The position numbers and the translations under genes are program-made. Below, piece by piece: positions 1 to 24,568 of a DNA stretch of 64,000 nt (the stretch's first letter is position 1; every line of letters starts with the position of its first letter). The notes under the pieces were generated by a model that saw only the letters and a program-made list of their open reading frames with translations, was not told where the DNA came from and did no database searches. The stretch covers positions 992,001-1,056,000 of the forward strand of contig JAQGDQ010000026.1 in NCBI GenBank assembly GCA_030141605.1, in the 5' to 3' direction. Origin of the DNA: Tubiluchus corallicola (Eukaryota; Animalia; Priapulida).

Positions 1-1861
1 TATAAGAGACACGTGAAATCACAGATCGTGTGATATTTTCGCGAATTCTTTCATTAATTTCCTTATTGAAACATCGGGAAAATTATTCTAAAGTCATTTC
101 ATTCGTCCAAACTACGCATGCTTTACCGAATTAATTACTGGAGAGACTACAGCCAAAAAATTTCTATGATCTCTAAAATCACTGAACCAGGCTGTTCACT
201 CATATCAACAATATAAGCCAATTAGGAAAGGCAATGATTTTTTGAAATATAATTTGTATATACTCGTCAGTACCTACTCATCAGTCAAACTCATCTGTGA
301 TTATTCCTGACCAAATACTTTTTAACAAACTACAGTAAGTTAATGGGTTTCAAAAATCCTTCAGCCCGGTGGTATATCATAACTTTCCTTTACACAGATA
401 ACTTAATGATACCTCGGTTATTTACCTCAGTTATCTCACTGCTTATTGCAGTTGTACTTTTATTATTTTTTTGTCATTTTCCAATATCATAGACCAGACG
501 GTACGATCGAATTGTAACGCGTGTGTTTTCCGTCTTGGAGGTCGTTAGTTCGATACTGCGGCCTTGTCTTTGCAAATAAGATACGTGTTTTCATTATAGA
601 GGTATCGTTTAGTTAAAAATTATAGTGGACAATAGTTTTGACTAAATGAAATAATGGAGACAATAATGAAATAAAACAAAATATAAAACGGAGTACAGTA
701 ATGCATGGATAGTTGTGAAATAAAAGTAAAATTGAACGCGTAAAATCGACAGCAGGTAAGCCACTACAAATACATTTATTTATACAGTATTATATATTTA
801 CTGGGTAATTACGTTTCACACAATAGATAAATACACTGCTTACAAAAATATAAATACATACATATATAACGCTATAGAACATATATTACATTAGTAACAA
901 TACAATAATAAAAGTTAAATACAAGAATTTAAACTAAAGGCAAAACATGAAGGATAAATAGAACAAACACGAAATAAAACTGAAAGGTGAAAAGTTCAAA
1001 TTTTCAGAAAATACTGCTTCTCGCACTTTTGTGGAAAATTTGTGTTGTTTTATGTGTTATAGTGACTGGCTGCCTGAAAATGAGTGGTGTCTTCTCTTTA
1101 GGCTAATTTTCTCCCAAAAAGATTATTTTCTCCCTGATTTTTAAAACTCACAGAACTATTTCCAAAATATATCACCCATTCTGAGCTTAGTAAGCCTTAC
1201 AGGATAAAGCGTATGCCTAATGAACTGGCCTCGTTAAGATTTAGCACAAAAAGGTCACATTGAAATTTGAACACAATGGCTCAAGTTGTATGACTTGTTT
1301 GAAATCTTAAAATTAACATTAATATAAATTGTTATTGTCTGTGAATCTGCATGTTTCATGTACTTATATGAAGGTGTTCATCTAGATAGAAATTAAATGA
1401 GCTATGTGCCACCAGAACTTCTGAATAAAAATGTTTAAATGGTAGGCGCAGTCGATCTTGAATCGATTTTCGTTCAGCTTTGCTTTTATAAACGAATAAT
1501 TTATAATCAACAAATTGCTATTTTCGTGCCTTGTTCTTGAAATTGATTTCCCCGTCAACGTGAATCAACACTAAATCGGTATTCAAATCGTAACTTCCAT
1601 TTTGTTTTAAATTTTCATCTCTAGAGTAATTCAAATAGGGTATTAAAAGCTGTAGTACAATATTACTGCACACATCTGTATTTGAGAAAATTCTGCCTAA
1701 AACAATAAACGACATATAACAGGCCGTGTTCAACTTAGATTTAAGGTTCTACTTCACGGCAGAATCGTCTTACACCCGGTTTAATCAGCTGCATAGCAAA
1801 ATGATCTTGATTCACCTCCTCCGGTTTTTATTATTTGTTTGAACCTTTTTGTTTTTGTTTT

Positions 1862-1909
1862 TTTATAACTCGCACACGCACACCGCACACACACACACAC
1901 ACACGCACG

Positions 1910-1948
<39 letters not shown>

Positions 1949-2560
1949 AGGATAACGAAACTCACAGGGCACTCTCCCCAGAAAGAAACATTTATGGTTA
2001 TACGTGAGCCGTCACCCCAGGGTCACAAGTCATAGCGTTGGCGTGGTTTCTTTCTTTTTCATTACTCTTTGGTTTCGTCTATAGCTTTTGCACTAGGACT
2101 AAATTTTTTGCTGTGTAGCTACAGGGAGTTGAAACCTTGGGCTAAACGTGGATCAAGTGCCTTATGGAAAATTTTCCGCCAAGGGACAAAAACTGAAACT
2201 GATGAGTAACAGACACCCGTCTTTCCAATGTCGAGTAATAGTGGCTTGTAGGATATCAAATGAAAGGTCTCAATGAAGCAAATTTAACGGTGTGGATTTT
2301 GCACAGGTTACTTCACCGTTGAGCTCATTAAAAACCTTGATTTGACGAAACCACTGCTTTCGCCGCTGAGTAACAGTGGCTTCTAGTGTATCAAACAAAT
2401 CTCGATGAGACGAATTAAATGATACAGGTAATGACCCCATTAAAAGGCCAAAACTGACATTATGGCTCTGCTGAGAGATAAAGGTTCAGTGACAAGCAAT
2501 AGTAAGATGTAGCATGTCAAATGAAAGGTTTTGAAGAACTAAAAACTGTGATAAACTGTT
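1862..2560. mobile_element. Helitron/Helentron-like repeat remnant with (CA)n tract
   Basis: (CA)n at 1873-1944 followed by recurring internal units ATCAAATGAAAGG..T..A.GAAG at ~2255, ~2390 and ~2515; family assignment is by resemblance only. Confidence 0.3.
1873..1944. repeat. (CA)n microsatellite
   Basis: CA run with CGCA interruptions. Confidence 0.95.
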
Positions 2561-3373
2561 TTTTAATACAGAAATCGATATAATTATTAGAAAATTATGT
2601 AGTTTCATGATGTTCAAATTTTATTTTTATTTCTGAATTGAGTCAAAAATATTTATGCCTTCACTTTTGCTTTTAATGGCCTGGTGTTGTTGTGTTGGCT
2701 AGACATTTAATTTTTTGTTTCCGTTAAAAAGACACTATTAATTTTCGTGAATTATTGCACTTTTTTCCTTAGAAATATTGTACATGTTGCTCATTTGCTT
2801 TATATTTAAAACAAAATTTTCTACTGTGAAAAATATTTTATTCACCTGAGCAAGTCTGTATAAATTTTTCAAGTGCTCTGCTTAGCTCTGCTTACAAGCA
2901 CTTAATTGTTTATAACCCTGATGTAGGTGTAAACGTGCAGGTTTGAAATAGTTAACCAATGCATTGTTGCCATCGCTGCGGCTTCAACATGTGACAAACA
3001 AAAATCGTAGTTACAATGCTTCGGGATTAAGTAAGGCTAATAATTTTTTATGTTACTGTTAATTTTGCAACTTCGTCTGATGATAATCATTTATATTTTT
3101 AGTTTAGTTATTGTGCTTAGTTATAAAGAAATTTGCAATTTAAATTTCCTGTCATGAGTGTCGTCGACAATTTCTTTTTAAATTCTGGCAGAATGCGAAT
3201 TCTTAGTTTGCAGTGTAATGCACAGAACAAATCAGTGAAACGCTAAGCTAAGTGGTCGATAATTAAAATTAATTTTATTAGCTTTGGTGGAAATGATTTA
3301 ATAGAAATCTTGTCTCCATATTCTTGCAAATATGGCAAGGTGTGGCGAAAGGGGCAAAATTTCAAAAAATAAC

Positions 3374-3416
3374 GTCACGTGATTGACAAGCAGTTGACAG
3401 TAAACAAACTCACGTG
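3374..3416 (+). promoter_or_regulatory. Paired CACGTG E-boxes in the LRRC40 proximal promoter
   Basis: GTCACGTGAT at 3374-3383 and TCACGTG at 3410-3416, 60-105 nt upstream of the ATG in a locally CpG-richer segment. Confidence 0.4.
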
Positions 3417-3478
3417 CCTGATTCTGCAAATAGCAATTTTGAATTGTTGCACTACTCCGAGTAGCTTTATTATACGTG

Positions 3479-16585
<13,107 letters not shown>

Positions 16586-17172
16586 AGTAACATCATCGTT
16601 TTTGTCATTTTTTTACAAGTGTCAGTGTTTGTTTTTTGCTGTATCCAAGTGCATTGATTCCACGGTTGTCATATTGTTATTATTTTGTCTGTTTTTGCAT
16701 CTACTGTGCTTTTTTAATTCTTAAGTGCCAAATCTTTCAATTGATCAAGTTGTTTTTTTAAAGGTACAGTTACAGTCATATTTCTGATGTGCTGATGTGC
16801 ATAAATTGTAAGTTTTCATTAATCTGTGATTTATAGTTTATAGTTTATACTTTCTGCATCTTTTAAATTCAGCCAACAGAAGAATGTGAAATTATGGTAT
16901 AATTTTTGCACTAATTTAAGCACGAATAATATTAGTGATTGTGATTTGCTGATTATTTTTTGTGTATTACAAGGATTGCACATGCAATCACGAAATTTTA
17001 CTAGTTGATATATAAATTGATGTCCAATTTTTTACTTTACAGTTTGTAGACAGTAGTATTATGATAGGTAATAAATTTTCTTTATTGAAAAATGTTGTTT
17101 TTCAATTAAAACCTTACAATTTGAATGAGTGTTATTTACTTTGTTTACAAGGACTGTGTACAAGGTCCTAAA

Positions 17173-17178
17173 AATAAA
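17173..17178 (+). terminator. Probable LRRC40 polyadenylation signal
   Basis: AATAAA about 590 nt after the stop, followed by T/GT-rich sequence. Confidence 0.5.
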
Positions 17179-17202
17179 ACATTCTAGTCGATGTGAAAAT
17201 TG

Positions 17203-17208
17203 TTTATT
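17203..17208 (-). terminator. Probable polyadenylation signal of the minus-strand unit
   Basis: TTTATT on + (AATAAA on -) at the end of a T-rich minus-strand 3'UTR-like tract. Confidence 0.45.
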
Positions 17209-18599
17209 TATGCAAACATATGTATCATGTAATCATAGAACAAAATTAGCAAAACATCTATGTAATTACATTATAATTAAAGACTGATATGTCCATTTGT
17301 GTATTTTTCAAAAACTGTTCGTAATCTCACCAATAACAAATTTATCATTCGCATTATTTTACTATTTGTGATATCTACACACAACAAGACAATGTCAGTA
17401 ATTATGTAAAGCAACTGTAACCAAAACTTCTTTGATTGAGGTTATCTAGTGCAACTATTGACTAACATAGTTTAACAGCAAGCATTTATAATAAAGAAAA
17501 ATGTTCAAAAAAGTATCTGCCGTATTGTTGAACACTATGACTAGAAATATTATAAAAGAAACGAATAATGAGATTATGATGTATGACTTTGCCATATACA
17601 AAGCTTCCATCGCAGGAATGTATCTAACATACATTTTACTAACATGAAAATAAGTTTCTAAAGCAAAAATATACTGTCTTCACTATAAGCAAAATTTGAC
17701 AAATACATGCATACATACTGCAGCAATTACCTGTACGCGACAGAAACATGCATGATTATACTGGAAATAGACAATAGGACAATATCCAAAGCATAAGTTT
17801 GAAAGACACACTGAAATGACTAAAAACCTTTCTAATGTACTACATGCACTTGCATTAGTATTTAACATGATTACTGCAAAACACAAACAAATTAGAAGAA
17901 CCCGGCTCAGTTTATATGGTAACTGTACCCGAAAGTTAACCCAAGTTTTGCTGCAGTGAGAAACGTGCCACACTTTGTTTTTATTTCTGTTGTTATCTAT
18001 TAACAGGTGAAAAATGGCAAAAGAATACAAATCGGTGCAATAAATCAAATACAATAAATAAATGCTGAAATACAATCTTTGCTATTACTGTTGATTAAAC
18101 AATCAAGAATCAAATTAAAATGCGTAATTTGCCTGCAATTACACACAATAAGGAAAATTCCAGAAAACAATCTCCACTTATAGTCTTATACAGTCAAAAG
18201 CGTGACATGAATGTCACTGGTTGTTATGTAGACGTGGTTTAAATGAGATCTAGTTGCGTCGCGAACTCCCTGTATGTCTGAAACAAAACAAGAAGTAGTC
18301 TTTTATTGATGATTATTATTTCTTTCTATAAAATTTGGTATTTTGCATATTCGAGCAGTCAAAGGACAAGGCCACCTTAGCACAAAATTAATGGTTGCGG
18401 TGGGGCCAACGATAAATTTAGGATGAATCACTTGAAATGAAATTGACAGAGCTTAGTCGATGGGTGCATGTACGAACGTCACAGATCTATTTATTACCTG
18501 ACTTGGATTATTAACTTCAATGCCAAGCAGGCATACGAACAATGTCTACCTCACTGCTTAGTGCTCATTTTGTTATAAATTTATAGACACATACATTAT

Positions 18600-19002
18600 T
18601 TATTATTTTATTTATTTTACGTTTATTTGAGTACATGATAAGTACCATCGAATAATAAACAAAGCATAGTGAAAAATCACAATTAAAAATATTTCTACAA
18701 CACAAATAAAATAAATATTTACACAAAGAAAAGATAATTAGTAAGCTAAATATGTAAAAAGGGCTTGCCGACGAAGGCTAAAAGTGTTTTTGCGTAAAAT
18801 GACTTTAAAATGATTACAGCCATTTTCGATACATATTTTCGATGATGTGGGGCCCCTACGGTAAGCAAAAAACTTCGTCAATGCAAAATAGTAAGGCGCT
18901 TTTAATTTCCTAATACTGTAGTACCAACATTAAAAGTGATCCAGAGGTTAGAACAGTAAAAAGTTGAACAATAAGATTTAAATAGAACACATTTGACATT
19001 GG
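18600..19002 (-). mobile_element. Decayed non-LTR retrotransposon 3' end
   Basis: Minus frame NVKCVLFKSYCSTFYCSNLW resembles the LINE ORF2 post-RT motif; A-rich (AAAT-like) tail on - near 18600. Confidence 0.5.
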
Positions 19003-19526
19003 CAGAGCAAAAACTAAAATTTTATAATAATAACAATAATAATAATAATAAAAAGTTAAAAAACTGGAGAATGCTCTTACCTACACTTGCACAGATTGGT
19101 TTAATTTAACGAGCAAATCTAAATAAATTTCTTTTAAGATTTTTATTAACTAAGCACACTCTTCACCTACAAAAAACATAGTACTAAAAGCTGCAATGTA
19201 GATTTATTCATAAATAATTACCAAATAAACTGTTTGTCTATTTTGTCAGTTGGTGACTGACTTTCCTTCACAACCAATAATATTTTAGTTTTAAGAAATA
19301 TTGCATGTAATAAACATCCAAGTATGCCAAAATAAAAATTGTTTACTAATGTATATATTAAAATCAGCCTGATTTTATTCAGAAACAAATGTCAATTTCA
19401 AGTGCATAATATACACATATTTCAAGCTATTAGCAGCAGATACATGCAAATATTATCTTAATTTTTGGTCAAAGGGACCCAAATTGCTACTCATCTTGAT
19501 GTTATGCTTGTTGGGAGAGACAAAGC

Positions 19527-19935
19527 CTAAAGCTCCATGATTTGCTATGGTTTGCACAAAACTTCACACGAATATACTAGAAAAATGTTTGCATTGACTG
19601 ATGGAGTCAGATCTGTCATTTTGAAGTTATGATCACGGTGATAACAGCACTTTTGAACAGAGCCTAAGGCTCTGACAATTTGAGATGGATCATTGTGAAA
19701 CTTTATAGGGATGTATTAGAACGAATTCCACAATGACTGAAGGAATGGAATTTTGACTCTGCCATCTTGAATTCAGGACGGTGGTGATAAAATCATTTTC
19801 GAAAAAGAACTAAAGCTCTGCCATCTTGCAATGGATTGTCATGAAGCCTTGTCGGAATATAGCAAAACAAATGCCGCATCGACTGACTGAGTCAGATTTT
19901 GGATTTGTCACATGAAATTCAAGATCGCAGCACCA
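19527..19935. repeat. Diverged ~140-bp tandem triplication
   Basis: Units start CTAA(A/G)GCTC at 19527, 19664 and 19810; each carries ATGG..T, (T/C)GACTGA and a later GTCA/GCCA..TTGAA block. Confidence 0.65.
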
Positions 19936-22311
19936 ACTTCATTTCTAATCCATGATTTTTAGTTCTGCAAGTACCTTGACCAGTAGTTCGAGTTGAACTA
20001 GCTTTCTTTATGCTTGTAGCAAATATATACATCTCAAATGCTAACGTCCAAGGTGTGCATCTGCCAGAAGCACCACTAAATATGATTAAAACAATAAGTA
20101 CCCTCATCGCTTAAAATATTAACTTTTGAAGAAAAAAAGATTGCACAAATAGTAACAAAAAAGTAACATTGGTTAAGTGTAAGACACGTGGTAATTTGAG
20201 GCATTTAAGTAAATGTACAAAGCTATTAAGGCTATTAGTCCTTTTTGTAATAAAATCACCAATACCTGTGCATCAGTAAACAACAGCGATCGTGAAATAA
20301 ACAAACACTTAGCTATGACATCGTATTTCCAAAGATTAACAACTTGACCTGAAAAACAATTGTTGTATTGACAGTGAAAATTTTGCCCGATTTATAAAAC
20401 AGATTAGAAATGATAACGCTAAACAGAAAATGTCTAAGGCCTAGTGAAAAATGAAACACCTCAACAGGAATACAGATCTGGATCGTTGTAGACAGTAGTA
20501 TAAGAATTGAGGGTACACCACAAATGATCACAAACGTATTTGAATAGTGTTCCAATTAAAGGCCAATTAAGTACCATAAAAGGGACATAACTGACTAATT
20601 TAATTTAAGGCTGTACCTAAATTATTCATTACATAATATATACATAAATTAGGGTGCACTCCCTATAAGTTGCTGCCATTATAAGCTGCGTGCCTAAAAC
20701 GAGCAGCAACTAAAAATTACACTTTGTGTATGTTATCTCGGGAAAACTTAAGATTGAGTGCACCCATACAATAACAGTGCCACAAGAAATGAATGCTATA
20801 TTCATGATATGGCAGACTGACGTTAGCAACATTAAAGGTCGAAAAGCATGATACGAATATTTATCTCAGGCAGTGAACTAAATGCAAACCAACATTTTTG
20901 AATACTACAATGGTTAAAAATTAGATTCCTGTCCAGATGGTTGCTTAGCCTCAGGCGCTTGTGATAAAAGCAAGTAAAAGCCGAGTGAAAAAATTTTCTA
21001 CAGTAAAATGTTCATTACTGAAAAATTTACTATGATCATACTAGTGCAAGTTCATGCTTAACGACTCATTTCAAAATCCAACAGCTCATACAATCACTAA
21101 CCTACTTTAGCTTTCTATATAAAAATGATATTTGGTTGATTGGATACATATCATAAGAGACTTATAGTACAACTTTAGCAGATTATTAAACAATAAGAAC
21201 AAATAAAAATTATTGCTTTAATAATATTTAACTAATACAAACCACTTTCTTTGCTAGCATAATTTCCAGCTGAATCACAGACAAAAAAAGTTCCCGAAGC
21301 AAAAGATACCTGCTCAATGTGTGTCATATTAATAAGCAGATCTCCCTATAATGGAAAATTTAATATTAGTGTTATGCTAAATATGAGTAGCAAACAATAC
21401 AGGTAGCAGATGTTTGTACTAGCTGTGACTTTCAGCGTGTAAATGAGCTGAGTTAGCACATATCAGTTTCAATATTTGAACTATGGTAATTCACTATCCC
21501 TATATTTCCTGCAATAAACCCAGCTATAAAAACCAAAATGCAATTTTCTGTGATATCTGTAATAGATGGATACAGTAAATCAATTACAAACTGATTCTAA
21601 GTGCAAAATCAATATTAATTATTAGGGGTGAGCATTATACACGTATGTAATTACATATATGTGTGTATATATCAGTTTCCATATTGTCCACGCTCATAAA
21701 TGCGCACAAATAAATATACCAGACAAATGCACTCACAGAATACAGCAAAGGCAGGCGAAAAATGCTCATTTCTGGAGCTTTTTTGCAAAACTAATACTGC
21801 TGCTACAACCAAATGTAACGGGTTCTTCCGCGTCTCACGCCTCATGTTCTACAAGGTTTTGTGGAAGTTGGTTAAATAATTTAGAACTGTGTAATCCTGC
21901 TAATGAACAGATGGCAATGAAAACATAACATCCTATGTCACGTGGCACAAGCAATAGGTTCTCCCTAAATAATAACTACAGTCAAACCTCTTTATAGTCA
22001 AATCGTTGTAGCACCTCTTTTATAATGGTAAAACAAAAGGTCTATATTTGTATAGGTGTGTATGTGTTAATGCACCTCTTTAGTATTAACTGTTCAGTTC
22101 GTCAACATACAGTAGAAGTTTTAGAATGTGACTAATGTTCTTTGAAAAGTGGATTAGCATTTTCCATTCATAAAAATGTAAGCTCACTATAGTCACTGCT
22201 GTATGTAATTGTGTATCACAGTTTATTCTGTAATAAGCTCCAACTGATTCGAACCATTCAAGTGCAGTATTTCTGCACTAAGAGAGATGATCATAAGCAC
22301 TTTAATTCTTA

Positions 22312-24116
22312 TAGACCCGGCTCTTGATAGTTCGACGCCCTAGGCAAAAGTATTCTAGCGCCCCCTCCTCAATGATCAACCCCCTTCCCCACAGTACCTA
22401 CTACGCTCCCAATATTGAACTTTTCTTGCAAAATATTATAAGGATACTTGACTTATGCGTGTATTATAGTGTACTGATTAAGTGTAGTTAATTGACGTCT
22501 AGCATAATGCCAATCATTTTCATTGACTGCCCAATGAGCGTGCAAGTTATTTCACACCCCTGCAGAGCTTGATTAACGCAGACACAATTGGAACATTTAG
22601 CTACAGCTGCATCTAATACTGTTATGAGAAATGCTCAACTTTTCATTAGTTAGCAGGAGAAATATTGGCCTAGTTCTAGATTTTATTATTGTCAATTGAA
22701 ATTGCAAGTGAATTAGTGGAAATGTAGGAAGAAATGCACAACGCTTATGTCTATGAGTAGCTGATTAAACCATTTTGCAATCAAGAAAATACGCAGTTTA
22801 GTTTAGTTTATGGCTTTGCAAGTTAGATAAAACAACTATTTGATTAACCTTAAATAAGGACGAAACAAAATGTTTTATTTACTGGCCAGTTTTTATAGAC
22901 CTCAATGAGATTTTTACAGTCAAAATTAATTCGAATGTATTCGAAATGTATATCATACATCAATGTGATATTAGTTTATTTTATGCTATTTTTCTGGTTA
23001 TAATCACTGTTAAAAGATGCCTTTGGGACTTATGTAACTCGGGCATTCAATATAAGAGTCACCTATGGAATAAAACAATCAAATTTATGCCATTTCTGTA
23101 GCCCAACAAATGCAAAAATACAAAAACTGAATAAATCTTGCAGATGAGCACATGGTCAGTTACTATAGAAAAATACATGGCAGGCATGGTGTTCGCAAAG
23201 GCAAGAGAGACTTAATATTTTTGTTGCTAATTTATTGTAAAGCAAGGATAACTGGCTTAGTTTCTTTATCATACTTATGTTTCTGTATGTTGCAGTGTTT
23301 TGAAACTTCATCTCTACATTCTGTTTAAATTGAATAGTCATTTTTTGCTACTTGAAGTGTTAATTTCATGTAAAAAAAGCTGCTGCTCTGCAAATTTGTG
23401 TTTATGAAAAAGTGCAATCAGTTTATCTGCTGATTAGACATTAGTTGTTTAGTTTAGTTTAGTTTAATAGTTGTTATCCAGCATGAGCTGTTGTCCCGAA
23501 TGCCGCTGAGCGTGCTTACGTTACAGCGGAGGCAGAGAGATAGACCTATATGTTTGACGTCAGTTTGTATTGATTAAATTTGATTTAGAATTCACTACTG
23601 CTTGAATTTGAAATTGGCTTTTTGACCCCAGCTTTTTTACCTTATTTGTTTCCTGTATGCCCTCTCTTGAAGACTTCGATTCTTATAGGTTTGTGTTTAG
23701 ATATGTTTAGATAAATGCTATTGTATTGTGTGAAATTTCTTTATTGACAGAAGGGTCATTCTATAAGCACTTACATATAAGATATAGAAATTGTGGGCAA
23801 AAGCAGGGTAATGTGTCAGTAATGTGTGTGATGTAATTTCAGAAATGATATAATCTTAGGAAACCAGATAAAATAAAAATAGAAAGTGTTTCCTACGGAA
23901 GACGCTGGCATCGATGAATCATACATTTCAGTAGGAAAATAACGCAACTTGTTAGTTTCATTTAATTAGTGTGGTGCACTTAAAGAATTACACATACACT
24001 ATGCTATTACTTATACTAAACTTAAATATTAAACAACTGCTTCCAGAATTTAACGCTCCCAAATATGTGGCACCTTAGGCAACTGCCTAGTTTGTTTAAT
24101 GATAGAGTCGGCCCTG
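22312..24116. mobile_element. Decayed hAT-like non-autonomous element
   Basis: Ends TAGACCCGGCTCT...GCCCTAGGC and GCCTAG...AGAGTCGGCCCTG are imperfect inverted repeats of the CAGGGCCGG type; related end fragments at ~4164 and ~25543; no TSD recoverable. Confidence 0.5.
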
Positions 24117-24487
24117 ATTGCACCCCATAGTACAAGATGTTAGTTAGGCATTGTGCTGTGACTTAACTCAGACACGAGTACTGAACCTAATACTTATTTC
24201 ACACCAAAGCAAATAGTGTTCACCTGCCAGCAATGAATTAAACCAATATACCAACATACAAATGGTTTTAAGATTTTACCAAAATGATAAGTCTAGTAAC
24301 TTTCTTATTAATTTACCTGGACAGGTAAGTATAACGTTTGTGAATCCTCTTTCCAGAGTTCTGACTGAAATGCATTCGACGAGCCAGCTAAATGTATAAA
24401 ATTCTTTGGCCCTAAACAAAAGCAGGCTTCATTTTTTTCAAGTAGCGTCATGTGTTAAATCTGCTAGCACATGACATGTACATATGT

Positions 24488-24525
24488 ACACACACACACA
24501 CACACACACACACGTATGCACGCAC

Positions 24526-24565
<40 letters not shown>
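24488..24565. repeat. (CA)n microsatellite
   Basis: Interrupted CA run. Confidence 0.95.

Positions 24566-24568
<3 letters not shown>

Noticed and set aside
495-570. tRNA-like segment (GTTCGATAC B-box-like)
   Set aside because: No cloverleaf can be drawn; at most a decayed SINE head
1781-2035. VC/TH-repeat ORFs on both strands
   Set aside because: Artefacts of the (CA)n tract; the same applies to 24438-24641 and to the IY-rich ORFs at 30927-31394
2846-2992. Possible minus-strand first exon divergent from LRRC40 (CAG|gtgaat at ~2846)
   Set aside because: All frames contain stops and no downstream partner exon was identified
21310-21345. 36-nt AG/GT-bounded micro-exon in the orphan unit
   Set aside because: Introduces a stop in the running frame; supported by splice motifs alone
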